Shown piece by piece: positions 26,260 through 38,259 of a DNA stretch of 64,000 bases; the first letter of the stretch is position 1; every line of letters starts with the position of its first letter. The stretch spans positions 434,001 to 498,000 of the forward strand of contig JAUFOQ010000016.1 in the NCBI GenBank assembly GCA_040285855.1. Reading direction: 5' to 3'. A program made the translations under genes and the position numbers. This DNA comes from Eukaryota sp. GEM-RC1. Its lineage: Eukaryota. The notes beneath the pieces are model-generated. The model did no database searches and had not been told where the DNA came from. It was given only the letters and a program-made list of their open reading frames with translations.

Positions 26260-26520
26260 GATTCAGACACCCTTTCCATTGGTAAAGGGTGTAAGCAATG
26301 ACGGAGTAACAAAAGTGAAGAAACAGTGAACCATATCCTTATACCGTCCTTTACCACTGCAAGAGAATCAGTAGTGCTGCAATGTTGATGCAGGGTGTTG
26401 TCTTCTTCTTCTTGGTCTTCTTTGTTGCCACTTTCTGTCTCGATATCAACTCTTTTGAACAGTTTGACCAAAAACTCAGACCTTCTCTTGATGTTCATCC
26501 CATCAGTCAACTATTAACTT
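26260..26520 (+). pseudogene. Duplicated 5' fragment of the nicastrin locus
   Basis: 26401-26509 is identical by eye to 32945-33053. Weaker similarity extends upstream. Confidence 0.8.
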
Positions 26521-26999
26521 TCTTGGGACTCGTCGGCGTCCTTACCATTTCTTACTGTAGCAATTCATTTTAGCTTCTAGCTCTTCAGTGCACAAGATTT
26601 CCTGTAAAAGTTCTTGATGTTTTTTAATAAATTTTAGTGGATCAGCAATGTATAACTTCGGCTTCGGTTTATAGTTGTCCAGAGCAATGAAAAGTTTCTT
26701 AAAAGCAGGAGATGGATTTCTGAAAAAGTCCTACTGAGTTCTTTATTTCTTTTATGCAGCAACTTCTGTAGGGATTAGACCAAATACGTGTGTAAGTCTT
26801 ACAAAATTGAATCATTTGTTGAACCACTTCTAAAATCTTTAGAATCAAATAATTGCAATGACGAAAAACAGAACCAATATTTTTTGGTAAACGGAGAGCA
26901 GATGTTGTTGTCCCTTCTTCTTCAGACAAATTGTTTGATGTCAATGTGGTGTCAGTGGATGTTTGTAAAAAGTCATCTTTAAAGAATGCTTACTCTGAA

Positions 27000-28120
27000 A
27001 CTTCCCCTTTAGACATTTCTGAACAAGCCAAACAGGATAAGTACAAGAAACCATTGATTGGCTCTAAAACATGTAAAACATGTTGAATACGAATTAGGCC
27101 CTTTGCTGCTTCAATCTATGGCCTCTTAACAAAAAGTGCATTGAGTTTTTTGAACGATTTCGGAAATTCGTAAAAAAACAAGATGAACAAACGTTTTGAT
27201 CATCTGTTATGGTTGAATCGTATCGTTTTTTATTTTTAAAACAATTCACCTAATCATCTCGTATCATGTTTATTTGCTGTGAGTTCCTCTTTATGAGGAT
27301 TTGCTTAATGATTTCAAATTATTTTAGTTGTTTAGTCTATTAAATTTATAGAAATAAAACAGAAAAAACAAAAAGACACGAGGAGAGTATGGAAAGGTTC
27401 AATGCGGGATCTTGGCTATCAAGATTGAATTTTGCTTTGTTTCGGTCGATGTTTAAATATTTCAATTTTTTTTAGCTAAATTGTTTGATTCTAGTCAGGT
27501 GGAGTTTAATTCAGACACTTTAACTAGTGTCTTCTAGTTTTGGTTAGTGTACATTGTACGTGGTAAGTTGTGTCTTCAAATAAAATTATTTTTCTTAAAA
27601 GACATTAACTAAAGTACCAGAGCTATGTCTTCTGTCCTTACCAAAAACCTTACTTAAAATCGAATTATAATATCTGTGCATTGCTTCAAACAACACGAAC
27701 GCCAACCTACTCAACCAAAATTTTTCATTGAAAACTTTACCAAACTCAGAACACAATTTTTCAAAAGAAGTTAAAAACCTTGTGTAGCTGGTATACATCA
27801 ACATGTGCTCAAACTGATGTTAATGGCTTAACTTTAAAGGATTCCAACCACCTAGAAACAGCAAAATTGATTTGCATTCCAATTGCTGAACTCTGAAAAT
27901 TTGTATTTGTTACATTTGCTATTTCTATTTTCGGTAGTACTGGTGAAATGACTTCTAAGTTTTTAACTGATTTTCGACCTATGTGTAAGTCTCAGAGTCA
28001 ATTATCACAAAGTTGTTTAAGAACTGTGGTAGTGCTGACTAGGAATATTCTGTGTATAGTGTTTCATAACACTTAATTTTGATATTATTTTTTGTTCCTT
28101 TCATCTATAAACATTTTTTA
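27000..28120. mobile_element. Cluster of three RLE non-LTR 3' fragments (about 27000-27300 +, 27590-27810 -, 27815-28120 +)
   Basis: Nucleotide similarity to the copies at 8876 and 23575. Peptides FAASIYGL, WLNRIVF, FWLSRLAFVLF, FAISIFGSTG. Confidence 0.6.
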
Positions 28121-28511
28121 AAAATGCCTTTCATCTACAATTACCAAAACAGAAAATCATGAATACATATAAAGGAGATACTAATACCTCTACATCATGT
28201 CACATTCATGTCTCAATTCAAAGAGACTTCAAAATACCGAAACAGTGCATTTAAAGAGTCTATTTTTGTATCGTGATATGTTTTGCTTATGTTGATAGAT
28301 GTATCTACAGTGTGGATAACTGAGACAACGCCACATTTCAAGTTGATCCATCAAAACTTTTATCCATGAACAGCACATTTTGTCAAGCTCAAACATACAA
28401 CTCGTCATCATCAGTGATAATTCTTTGGAGACCAGGTTACGAAATACAAATCAAAGTGTACAAGTGACAGACATGTATAAACAATTCAAAATTTGGAATT
28501 GTCAACGAAAT

Positions 28512-29051
28512 CTACAATAAGAAATACTTTCCATGTTTGTTACCACCGTCCTGGAAGTATCGTGACGCAAAGTCAAACACTTCAGTAATTTCAATCGATC
28601 CATCGTCATCAACTTCTCCAATAGCAACAATGTTGTTAGATATGTAGAAGAAAACTTGGCCTTGTTTCGGATGAGGTTGTGCCCAAGTTGGACGTGGATT
28701 TGCTTGCACCAAGTAGTTATATTGAACTTAATGTGCTATATAGGTCAGAAAAGACGAAGAACATGTCGTTCGACTCAGCACAGACAGTGACTGCACGGAT
28801 ATCAACTACTGTTTGAATACGGCCATTCTGGACTCCAAGCTTGTTAATGTAGGATACACTAACAACCTTTTTGATGGAGGCGTCAAACCAGAATTTGGGA
28901 CCCATACCAGAACCAAAACCATGATGGTTAGTTTTGTAGACCCACACCAATCCTTTGGATTAACGAAAACCATTTGTTTGTCTACCAATACATGTAGAAG
29001 ATTAACTCTGATTATTCCATAATTTCCATTTGCATCTAAAAGGCGAACCAT
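28512..29051 (-). pseudogene. Orphan reading frame split across three frames (about 180 aa if joined)
   Basis: Three consecutive minus-strand ORFs, overlapping or nearly abutting, with protein-like composition. No family recognised. Confidence 0.35.
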
Positions 29052-29888
29052 TTGTTTTTAAAATATGGATATGGAAGTTGAACTATTGTACAAAAGTGAT
29101 ATATTAAATGTTTGTACGATTTCTTTGCTGCTATGAGTGATCCAAGACTCAAAGCAAACGTGAAGCTAATCAACACTGAACGGAATACATTTGAGTAAAA
29201 TCAGAAGTTGAATTGAAGAATAACATTGAAGATATCCGTAGTTTGTTGCCACGTTCTCAAAAATTCGTAAATCAAGCAATGTACAAGCTAATAACAATGT
29301 ACAACCCATGGCTAGGAAAAATTGCACATAAAAAGAAGACTTCACACTTTGGAAACAAAACTCCAACAGAGAAAGGGTTCATGTATGTGAATTCGACAAA
29401 TACTTCTCCGAGGGGACAGCTCCTTTGCCAACTAATCCTATTTGATGGTGGAATGGATCTGAGTTCCCAGAGCAAGCAACAAGTTGTTTGTCTGCAAGAG
29501 CAATATCAATTCCATGTGAATGCTGTAACTAGCTCCTTTCAAATTGCCAGACCTGCAAGAATGTCTTCCAGGATACTTGAGAACTTATCATAGTTGAAGG
29601 TGTGTATGAAGGATGATCGTATGGAATCGTTAAATCTCTTACGTGTGTAGTTCTTTTGTTATTATAAATAGTATTTCCACCAAAGGTAATGTAAAGGAAA
29701 AGCAGAAGTGTCTGACTGATGGAATGAACGGGAAAGGGAAAACGAACCCAACCTCAAGAGCTTTGTAAACGGAGAACTGGAGAAATGTGGAAGTGGACAT
29801 CCACCAGGCATTCTACACGTAGTTGTAGACATAAGACTCTAAGATACTACAATGTAGTATTCTTAGTAAGAACCACTAGACCTGTGCT

Positions 29889-30926
29889 CAGGGATGGGGT
29901 AAAAATTATTCCAGTGAAAATAATTCCCGTATAATGTACGGGATTACGATACGGCTTCTCATTTTGCTACGGGAGTACGGACAGAAAATGTTTTCCGTAC
30001 TTTCCTAAGTCTTCTGAATCAAGAGAAAAATCCGGCTGCTCCAGCTGACCAGGATTTGAAGACTATCAGATGTCTTATCAACAACAATCCAAAGTCAGAA
30101 ATTCTCAACATCTGAATCTTGAGTATATTCCTGCATAAACAAATGTTGTTGAACGTCTGTTTAGTATTGCAAAGTACCGCTTAGGTTCGAATAGACACAG
30201 TTTAACTCCTGAAACACTGGCAATGGAACTGTTTCTCAGATCAAATGAAAAGTTGTGGGATGAAGAAGTTCTTCGTAAAGCATTGACTCTGAAACCTATC
30301 ATAGAAGTACATGTAATTGATATATAGTAATAAACAGTTTATTGATGGAGGCTACAAAAATACATATCATAATGAAAGCTATGCAACACTGGACACCCAA
30401 AATTCCTGGTCAACAGTACCACAGTTTTTATACAACTTTGTGATCATTGATTTACAAAACTTAGGCACCGAACGGAACAAAGAAAAAACCAAACGGTTAT
30501 GCCAAATTGATAAGTTAATTCTCTTATTCTCAGACTTACACATAGATCCAAAATCAGTTAAAAACTTAGAAGCTTTTTCACCAATGCTACCAAAAATAGA
30601 AACAGCAAGTGGAACAAATACAAATTTTGAATACAAATTTTGATTGAGTTTAGCAACATTTTGGGAATACAAATCAATTTTACTTTTTCTTGCTGTTTCT
30701 AGGTGGTTGAAACCTTTTGAATTTAAGCCATTAACATAATTGATTAATAGTTATCATTTGTATTCTTTTACTAAAGATTTGTCATCCTTTGTTTAGTAAA
30801 TGTACGGAAAGAATATATTCATCGTGTATTCAAAAGTACGGAATAATTTACGGCAAGGCAAACAACAGAGTCCGTATTACGGCCATATATTCTACCCCAT
30901 TCCTACTCTCATTATGAGGTCACCTG
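29889..30926 (+). mobile_element. Inner hAT deletion derivative nested in the outer element's left end
   Basis: Left end CAGGGATGGGGTAAAA; inverted TTCTACCCCATTCCTA at 30890-30905. TSD CCTGTGCT/GCTGTGCT. Relic IPA*TNVVERLFSIAKYRLGSNRHSLTPETLAMELFLRSNEKLW at about 30118-30327. Confidence 0.8.
30330..30745 (-). mobile_element. RLE-type non-LTR 3' fragment inside the inner hAT
   Basis: ORF 30379-30672 reads FVFVPLAVSIFGSIGEKASKFL...WHNRLVFSLFRSVP and is homologous to the copy at 23575. Confidence 0.7.
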
Positions 30927-31781
30927 GCTGTGCTCGTCTCGACTAGAAATTTATCTGAGTCAACTCAACTCGACTCGGCTTTGAGTCGACTCGAGTCGAC
31001 TATTGAGTAACGACAGTAACTATAACCCACTCATTGAAATTCATTCGTCTATAAAACGGGCAAAATGCAGAACATTTTTACAACAAGAAACCAGAAAAGC
31101 TATTAGTATATCATCACAAATACAGTCTCTAAGTACTGAAGTAGCAATAACACAAATTCATCACCAAGAAAGATGCTCTATGACTCCAAACATGCAGATG
31201 CTCTAATCTTTTCGTCACTCAAAGAACAACGCTTCCTTGAAACTATATCATCTGTTTTTGAGAAGAGGCGCTCACGTGTTACTAAGGTCGCCTGAGTTGC
31301 CAAAAATTTTGCAGCCAAATCACTGAGAATTGGATAGCGGCCTTTACTTTGGTGCCACCAAAGAACCGGATTGGTGCTTATGACGGCCAGTGGATCACTG
31401 AAGTATTGAGAAAGTTCATCGCTTCATGGAATTGGAATTGGAAGAAATGGTACTAGTCTTGGTTCGTTGACTTCTTGAACACCGTTTTCGGTTTTGCGGC
31501 TCTTAATTAACTTCTTTAATTGCTCAAAATATACAACAAAGACGAAAGTAAAGTCAATTGGTGTTGTTTCAGTATTCTTTATTGAACTATTTAATCGAAG
31601 GTAATGTCTGTTGACCACATGTAGGGGAATTTGATGCAATGTAATATATGACTTGAGTCGACTCGACTCGGCTCAGACATTGTTTAAGTCGACTTAGTCG
31701 ACTATTTGAGTCGAATGCACATGTCTAAGAATCACCCACTACTAGTAGTAGCACCTTGCTTCATTAATTTGATTTCTTAAC

Positions 31782-32087
31782 ATGTCACGACAGTTTGCAT
31801 CGTCTGAAATACGTACGCGATTACTTAGTGTTCTTGACTCGCTTGATTCCTTTGAAGAAACTGACTACCTTGACTTCAAACTTGAAGCAACCACTGGGCA
31901 ACTTGCGAAGTATCTATGTGGACTGCATAACACACCTCGACCATATTCTGATCATGGTACCTTTCGATCGTCATTCTTGTTTATTGGTGTCAAAGATCAG
32001 GACTTTAGCTCCAGGGATGTCTACAGTCATTTCCCTAAACCAGACGAACTCTCTGGTATGATCCTAGACTTTACTGAAACTAACTAG
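31782..32087 (+). CDS. AlbA_2 (Schlafen-like) domain protein, short or interrupted
   Basis: EETDYLDFK, LAKYLCGLHNT and FLFIGVKD follow the E..L(D/E)FK / N / GV.D pattern of AlbA_2. Confidence 0.65.
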   Translation: MSRQFASSEIRTRLLSVLDSLDSFEETDYLDFKLEATTGQLAKYLCGLHNTPRPYSDHGTFRSSFLFIGVKDQDFSSRDVYSHFPKPDELSGMILDFTETN

Positions 32088-32931
32088 GATGTGGTGTTGA
32101 GTATGATGAGTACGTATTTCTCTTATGTGTGCTCTTTTGCTACTCATGTTGCTAATCAATTGGCTAAAGCAGATTTTAAACGGACAATAACTTTTGGTGA
32201 CTTGAAACACCATCGATTAGTACTTTTGTGTAGATTTGTTCAATTTCAAGTTTCACACGGACAATATCAATCAATTTGCAAAATTGAGAAATATAGTGCA
32301 ATATTTATCAAGAACCATTGATACGTCTATGCTGTTTGTATAATCCACCTGATTTTTGTACCTTACTTTCTGGCTAAGAGTCTTGTTCGATCCACATCTG
32401 GGCGGTAGTTACCAAGAGAACTTACAGATACTCTATTCTGACTCCACCGAACACCAGAAAATAGCATTTAAATTTATTTAATTTATTTTCAATAATAGTA
32501 CTGATCAAACTGAGAATCCAGGAAATTACTTCCTAAATTAAAGACATGAAGTATTTCAACAACCATCATGTCATCTTCTTCTCTTACAGCAAACAGCAGT
32601 CATCCCCTAGTCTCAGGAGAGGTATCAGTAGTTAAACCAAAGTCTGACTCTACTAAGGAGAATTCAAAGAAATCAGTGGAGAAGACTAGAGAGTAACAAG
32701 GAATGGAAGAAGACCATTGATGAGTCAAGTTCATCTATATAGAGGGATTAAGTATGGGGAATATGAATGATGTACTGAGAGAATAAACGAAAGTAATCTT
32801 TACATACACCCTTAGCGTTGGGCAAAGGATGTAAGTAACAACAGAGTAAACAAAGGAAGAAGCCTTTACAAAGAAGAAACCTCATTCGGATATCTTCTGT
32901 TTGTAAGAGAATCGGTAATGCTTCGATCTTG

Positions 32932-34737
32932 ATGCCCGTTGTTATCTTCTTCTTCTTGGTCTTCTTTGTTGCCACTTTCTGTCTCGATATCAACTCTTTT
33001 GAACAGTTTGACCAAAAACTCAGACCTTCTCTTGATGTTCATCCCATCAGTCACCTATTGACTACTCACTCTGCTCTATGGTCATATCTACCTAGTCGTT
33101 GTGTTCCCTTCATCTGTCTAAATCAACACTGTCTCAATGACATTACATCTTCTCCCTTCTTCAACACTCTATGTCTTTTACTCCATGCTGATCTGTTCCA
33201 AGACAATCTTCTTTCACTCAATGAATCTGAACCCACTGCTGTTATCCTTCTTCCTCACCTACCCACCACGTTCTCCCCTCTGCCTACCTCATTTCCTCCT
33301 GATACTCACCAGTGGAACCCTCTTGGGTTAAACCTCATCAATACTTCTCTATCATTTCCTCTTCTTTCTCTCAGCTCTTCTTCCTACCAGTCTCTTCGAT
33401 CACGATTCCCTTCGAACTCTTCTGATCTAACTTCTTTTCCTCGTCCAACTTTCTCACTGACCTACCGTACTTCCGCTTCCCCTTCATCTACTTCCTCACA
33501 ATGCCTGTCATCACGATCTTGTCTTCCAGTTGGTGGACACTCAGTTTACGGATTCGTTGGTCACGATATATCGACCACAACCAACGTCATTCTTGTTACT
33601 GCCAACACTGATGAGTTTGAATTCTTCAAAAGTCAAGCTCCATCAGCTAGGTTCACTGCAAGTTCTTTAAGTTCCACAATTGGATCATTAAGAGCTCTTT
33701 CTACAATTTCAAATGTTCTTGATGGTCTCGGTATAACTATAGGCTTTTTATTTAGTAGCTCTGATAATTACGGTGATTTAGGTACGTCAATGTTTGTTAA
33801 CGATTTGACTAATTTTCATTGTTCTGTTTACTCTGAAGATGGTACTCGATGTGAGTCACCACAGAGGCCGTCGCTGCTTTTTAAACATCTAAATATTTCA
33901 AAAGTTTCAGCAGTTTTTGGGGTTTCTGGAGGTGGTGGGAAGAATGTGTATCTGCATTATAATACCACTTCTGACAAAGTTTCTAAAATTTTAAATAATG
34001 TTGAGTTTCTGAACCAGAAAGGGTTCGACAAACTACCGCCTTCTCCAGTTCAATTTTTAAGCAATTTCCAAAATTCAAATTTTTCAGCAGATTTTTTTTC
34101 CTTGTCCGATTTCTATCAGGAATATTCTTCAAAATACAAAGCTTCTCCTTTTGATAATCAAGCTGTTGATAAAGAGAATTTATGTAAAATTTCTAAAAGT
34201 TTGGTGAAATCTATGGGTATATATTTAAATTTTCCTCTAGATTTACTCGATGAACTCACGTCGACTGTAGACTGTTCTTTTATAGCTAATGTTCATAAGT
34301 GTCTTCGAGGTAATTTTAAACCAAAATCATGTACTTTACTAAAGTCCCTACAAATTGAAGATATATCGGACAAAGTTTCTGGAGATTTACTTAATGTTTC
34401 AAATTTTGAAGCTTTTGGATTTCGCTTTGATCAACGTTCGTTTCTTGAACTATTTCTCTTCCATTTGTCTAAAAAATGGATAGTTTCAAACAATCAAATC
34501 GCATTCCATCCTGCTTACCCAGGGTTTTTGACCTTTGATGAGAATGGTTGGTCTGAAAATGGCAGTCAAGATGATTTCTGGACGATTTCTTTTTTGGAGC
34601 ATCAACGTTTCTTTTATTATGAAACTGATAATTATATTGCGACGTTGTTATCCTTTTGTATATTTGGTTTTGGTCTAGTGTTGGCATTAATACTGAAGTC
34701 TTCATTTGACACTGCTTTAAAATCTTTGAATTCCTGA
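32932..34737 (+). CDS. NCSTN: Nicastrin-like type I membrane protein (gamma-secretase subunit)
   Basis: Signal peptide; WNPLG; CLSSRSCLPVGGHSVY; YGDLGTSMFVNDLTNFHC...C..P; LPPSP; HPAY; single C-terminal TM helix. Confidence 0.85.
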   Translation: MPVVIFFFLVFFVATFCLDINSFEQFDQKLRPSLDVHPISHLLTTHSALWSYLPSRCVPFICLNQHCLNDITSSPFFNTLCLLLHADLFQDNLLSLNESEPTAVILLPHLPTTFSPLPTSFPPDTHQWNPLGLNLINTSLSFPLLSLSSSSYQSLRSRFPSNSSDLTSFPRPTFSLTYRTSASPSSTSSQCLSSRSCLPVGGHSVYGFVGHDISTTTNVILVTANTDEFEFFKSQAPSARFTASSLSSTIGSLRALSTISNVLDGLGITIGFLFSSSDNYGDLGTSMFVNDLTNFHCSVYSEDGTRCESPQRPSLLFKHLNISKVSAVFGVSGGGGKNVYLHYNTTSDKVSKILNNVEFLNQKGFDKLPPSPVQFLSNFQNSNFSADFFSLSDFYQEYSSKYKASPFDNQAVDKENLCKISKSLVKSMGIYLNFPLDLLDELTSTVDCSFIANVHKCLRGNFKPKSCTLLKSLQIEDISDKVSGDLLNVSNFEAFGFRFDQRSFLELFLFHLSKKWIVSNNQIAFHPAYPGFLTFDENGWSENGSQDDFWTISFLEHQRFFYYETDNYIATLLSFCIFGFGLVLALILKSSFDTALKSLNS

Positions 34738-35911
34738 TTTAATTTCAGGATCACTTGTCACTGTTCTAGTAAATCAATTATTGATTGATATTCTAATGAG
34801 AGTCGAATGGTTTCTACCATTCGACTCCTCTCACTCTTTTCTTTATCAACTAAAACCTTCCTAGTCGTAGTTCTATGTTGTTGACTCAGCTGCAGTAGTA
34901 CCGAGTATCTTTGTGTGACAGTTCTCTTTCTCTTAGAATTCCAGTGTATCCTTTTTTTCTTTCACTGTCAGTAGACTTTCGCTATAATTTTGGTTTAGTC
35001 ACTGTTAGAATAATTCAAAAACACCTATTATTTATCGTTGCAAATAAAAAGTACTATCCGATTTTAACAAAGGAAATCTGTGATATGGAAATTCTATGTA
35101 GATTTAAAATTCCAATAGATACCAAAACCTCTAAATCATCTCATTTTGGTGTATCAACCCAATGATATTTACAATCATAAGATCACCATTCCTGGTCAAG
35201 CTTTTGAAAAGGGAAAATGACAACTTTCTACTGGGAGTTCGTATCTTCTTTAAAAAATTACAGATACTGTTTATATACTATTCCAAATGATAAAAAACTT
35301 CTTTCCAGTATTTTTTTTGAAGTGATGGGGAACAGGACGGAAAACAACTGAAACGAATTGTGACAACGAGAAGTCGTCTAAATACTTCATTCTAGCGAAC
35401 TAATTTTTTCAATTCAGCAGCCTTGTATGGTTTCGAGGGCCGAATATCTTTACTCTATAAAAGGGATGATACATTTTGATAATACTTGTAGTTGAAACAA
35501 GATCCCTTTCTGACGGTACTTCAGTGCATATTCTCTTGAGTAGATAGAGAGTTTCTTCACACATCTCCCAGACTTTCAATTCGATCTCGATACATCAAAA
35601 GTACACTATATCCTAGTAGAAGAATATGTACATACGATATCTGCCATCACTGTTATTCAAGAAACGATCGTAATCAAAAGTGGGCCATTACTCTATTTGA
35701 GTAATGGTCCATTCCAATAGAGAGAAAGTCGTTGTTACGTAATATACGAACACGTCGATATGATTGTGTGTCATGTTCCGTCATGAAGTATCGTGACAGG
35801 CGATGGTACTACTTGTAGGATGTATAGAGTGTGTAATCCTATGACTGTGAAACATTGAAGAGGTCAAAAGAACACAACAACGGTCAATTGTTCCTGTTCG
35901 TCTCTGACGGA

Positions 35912-38259
35912 ATGTTTTTTCTCTTCTGCTGTAAAAGCTGCACCGAAGTTGTTGTAAATGATGACGATGTTCATAGTAATGTCGATTTGGATGATGTTCA
36001 AAAGACGTTGATTATGACGTTAGGGATCATGGCACCTGCTTTGACATAAATTCTCCTCAATTTGTCCGAAAGCTTCATCGTGATGCTCCTTCTACATTAT
36101 CCCAGTACACCAAAGTCGCTAAAGTTGGAAGTGGGGCCTCTGGTGAAGTTTGGCTTTGTTTAAATGCTGAGAAACAAGAAGTTGCCATGAAGATCATCCC
36201 ACTTAAACGTCATCATGGAACCGATCTATTATCTAGCCAAACTCTCGACGAAATTGCCATTCTTCGCAAACTTGAACATCCCAACATTTTGCACTTGCTC
36301 GATTTCGTTGTGGATCCTGATGCTCAAAAGATCTACATTGTCACTGAGTTCTGTGATATGGGAACACTGATTAAAGACAGTGACATTGGTTCTTATAAGC
36401 CTCTCCCTCCTGCCAAAGCACGCAAAATCTTTGGTCAAATAGTTACCGGGCTGTACTTCATACATGCCAATCAAATTGCTCACAACGACATCAAACCATC
36501 CAACATTCTGCTTAGTCGTTCTAATGATACCTCACTGCGGGTTGTTATATCTGATTTTGGTATCTCTTCTCATCTCGGCACATCTGATTCCTACTTCCAA
36601 GGCTCTCCTCTGTTCCTCGCTCCTGAGTGTCTGACACTAAAACCTGGAAATGATGACTTTTCTGTTGGTACTGCTGCTGACGTATATGCTCTGGGTGTTT
36701 GCCTCTATGTCCTTTGTTTCGGTCGTTCTCCGTGGGGAGACGTTGTCACGCGTGATGACCTTTACCAAGCTGTTACAGATTATGTAGATGGAAAACGAAT
36801 TTTAGAAGTTCCTGCTGGTGGAGATGAAACTCTGGAACATCTAATCCGCTCTCTGCTACACCCTGATCCCACTAAAAGAGCTACAATCAAGGAAATCCTA
36901 GCTGATCCTTGGCTTTTGGCTGATACTGATTCTGATACATACATCAATGTTGACGACCACCCTCCTCTTCCTTTGTCTCTTAGTAGAGCGGACATTGACA
37001 ATGCTGTAACTGTTGTTTCAAACATTGACTTCGAAACAAGAGTTGGAAGTGACACGTGGTCTGCTACTCATTTGTCTGAAGCTCAACGTAACCTACTTGT
37101 TTTCCATTCTGCTGTTAATCTGTTGAACCTTTGTACTAAGTTATTGGATATGGCAGGAGCTCGTTGTTCATCCAATAGAACCCGCATTACTGAACAACTT
37201 CTATCATGGACCTCTGCATCTTGTGAAATGGACGAAGAATCAGCAGATCCCAATGATGTAAGCTTTACCAGTCTTCAGTACGGACTGACTTTTATTGAAT
37301 GGTCCAAGGCTCTTGAAGAGGACGTTGTAGCGTCAATTGATGACGTTACTGAAGCAAAGATATATGAATTCAAGATGAAGCAACTAGATTATGTTAAGAA
37401 CAAGGTGCTGCCCATTTTAAAACAACGTATCGAAGAACTTGTACTCAGATTGAAGGCATCAGAGGTCAATCCTAATCATAACATTGATTGTGTGGGACCG
37501 TGGAGGTATTTTAAAGCAAAGAATATCTGTAATAATTTTAAAGCAGTTTTTGATGCTATTTCACATAATCCTGATTCATCTTCAAGAATCACTTTCATTT
37601 GTAATGGGCAATGCATTCTGAAGCCAACAAGTTCTTCGCTGCCAGTTCACACCATTCACCTTGATGTCGGTATGTCTGATGTTGGATTTTGTGATAACGT
37701 TTCCTTCTTGTCGGATGATGAAGTGGTTCTGCCAAGAACTTTTACTTCTGACAAGGGACTAGTGAATCCTGTCTACCTCCCCACTGTTGCCGTTGATATC
37801 CTTCGTGATTTAATTTGTAACTCTAGAAAGTACAGTCCTCCTGGTACTGGGATTAGAGCTGCTGTCTGGAATCAAATGAGAAATGGTCGGACCTACCTTC
37901 ACATGGGTGTAAATGACGCTGGAATTGGTATGGATGATCCTGATGCTTTAATTAAGTTTGGAGTTACTGGAAATCAAGAACGTAGAGGTTTTGGAAGAGG
38001 TTTTGGTCTTACAAAGTGCTTTGTCACCGTTACTTCGTTTTTGAATGGTACTTTTTCAGTCACCACACTTCCAAATCGTGGTACCTGTATTCAAATCGCT
38101 ATTCCTGTACCAGAAGAAGCAAAGGTCAATATTGATTTACAACCGCCGTGGTTTTTTGCAGGTTCTCTTCAAAAAACCGAAGCAGTAAGTCTCTTTGATG
38201 ACTTTGATAGTGACGTATCATTTGATAGTGATTATAGTGATGCGGAGGTCCTAGTGTAA
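35912..38259 (+). CDS. CAMKK-like Ser/Thr kinase fused to a histidine-kinase-like (HATPase_c) module; frame break near 36000
   Basis: The frame of ORF 36187 is open back to 35995 and contains the Gly loop VGSGASGEVW and VAMK, then HNDIKPSN, DFG, APE. C-terminus has N box RDLICNSRKY, G1 DAGIGM, G2 GRGFGL, G3 GTCIQIAIP. Probable start ATG 35912 (MFFLFCCKSC) is in another frame. Confidence 0.88.

Larger units (their letters stand above)
29877..31727 (-). mobile_element. Outer hAT deletion derivative
   Basis: TIR TAGAC(C/A)TGTGC. 8-bp TSD AGAACCAC (29869-29876) / AGAATCAC (31728-31735). GAGTCGACTC subterminal repeats. Dimerisation relic WWHQSKGRYPILSDLAAKFLATQATLVTRERLFS at about 31180-31360 (-). 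Confidence 0.85.
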
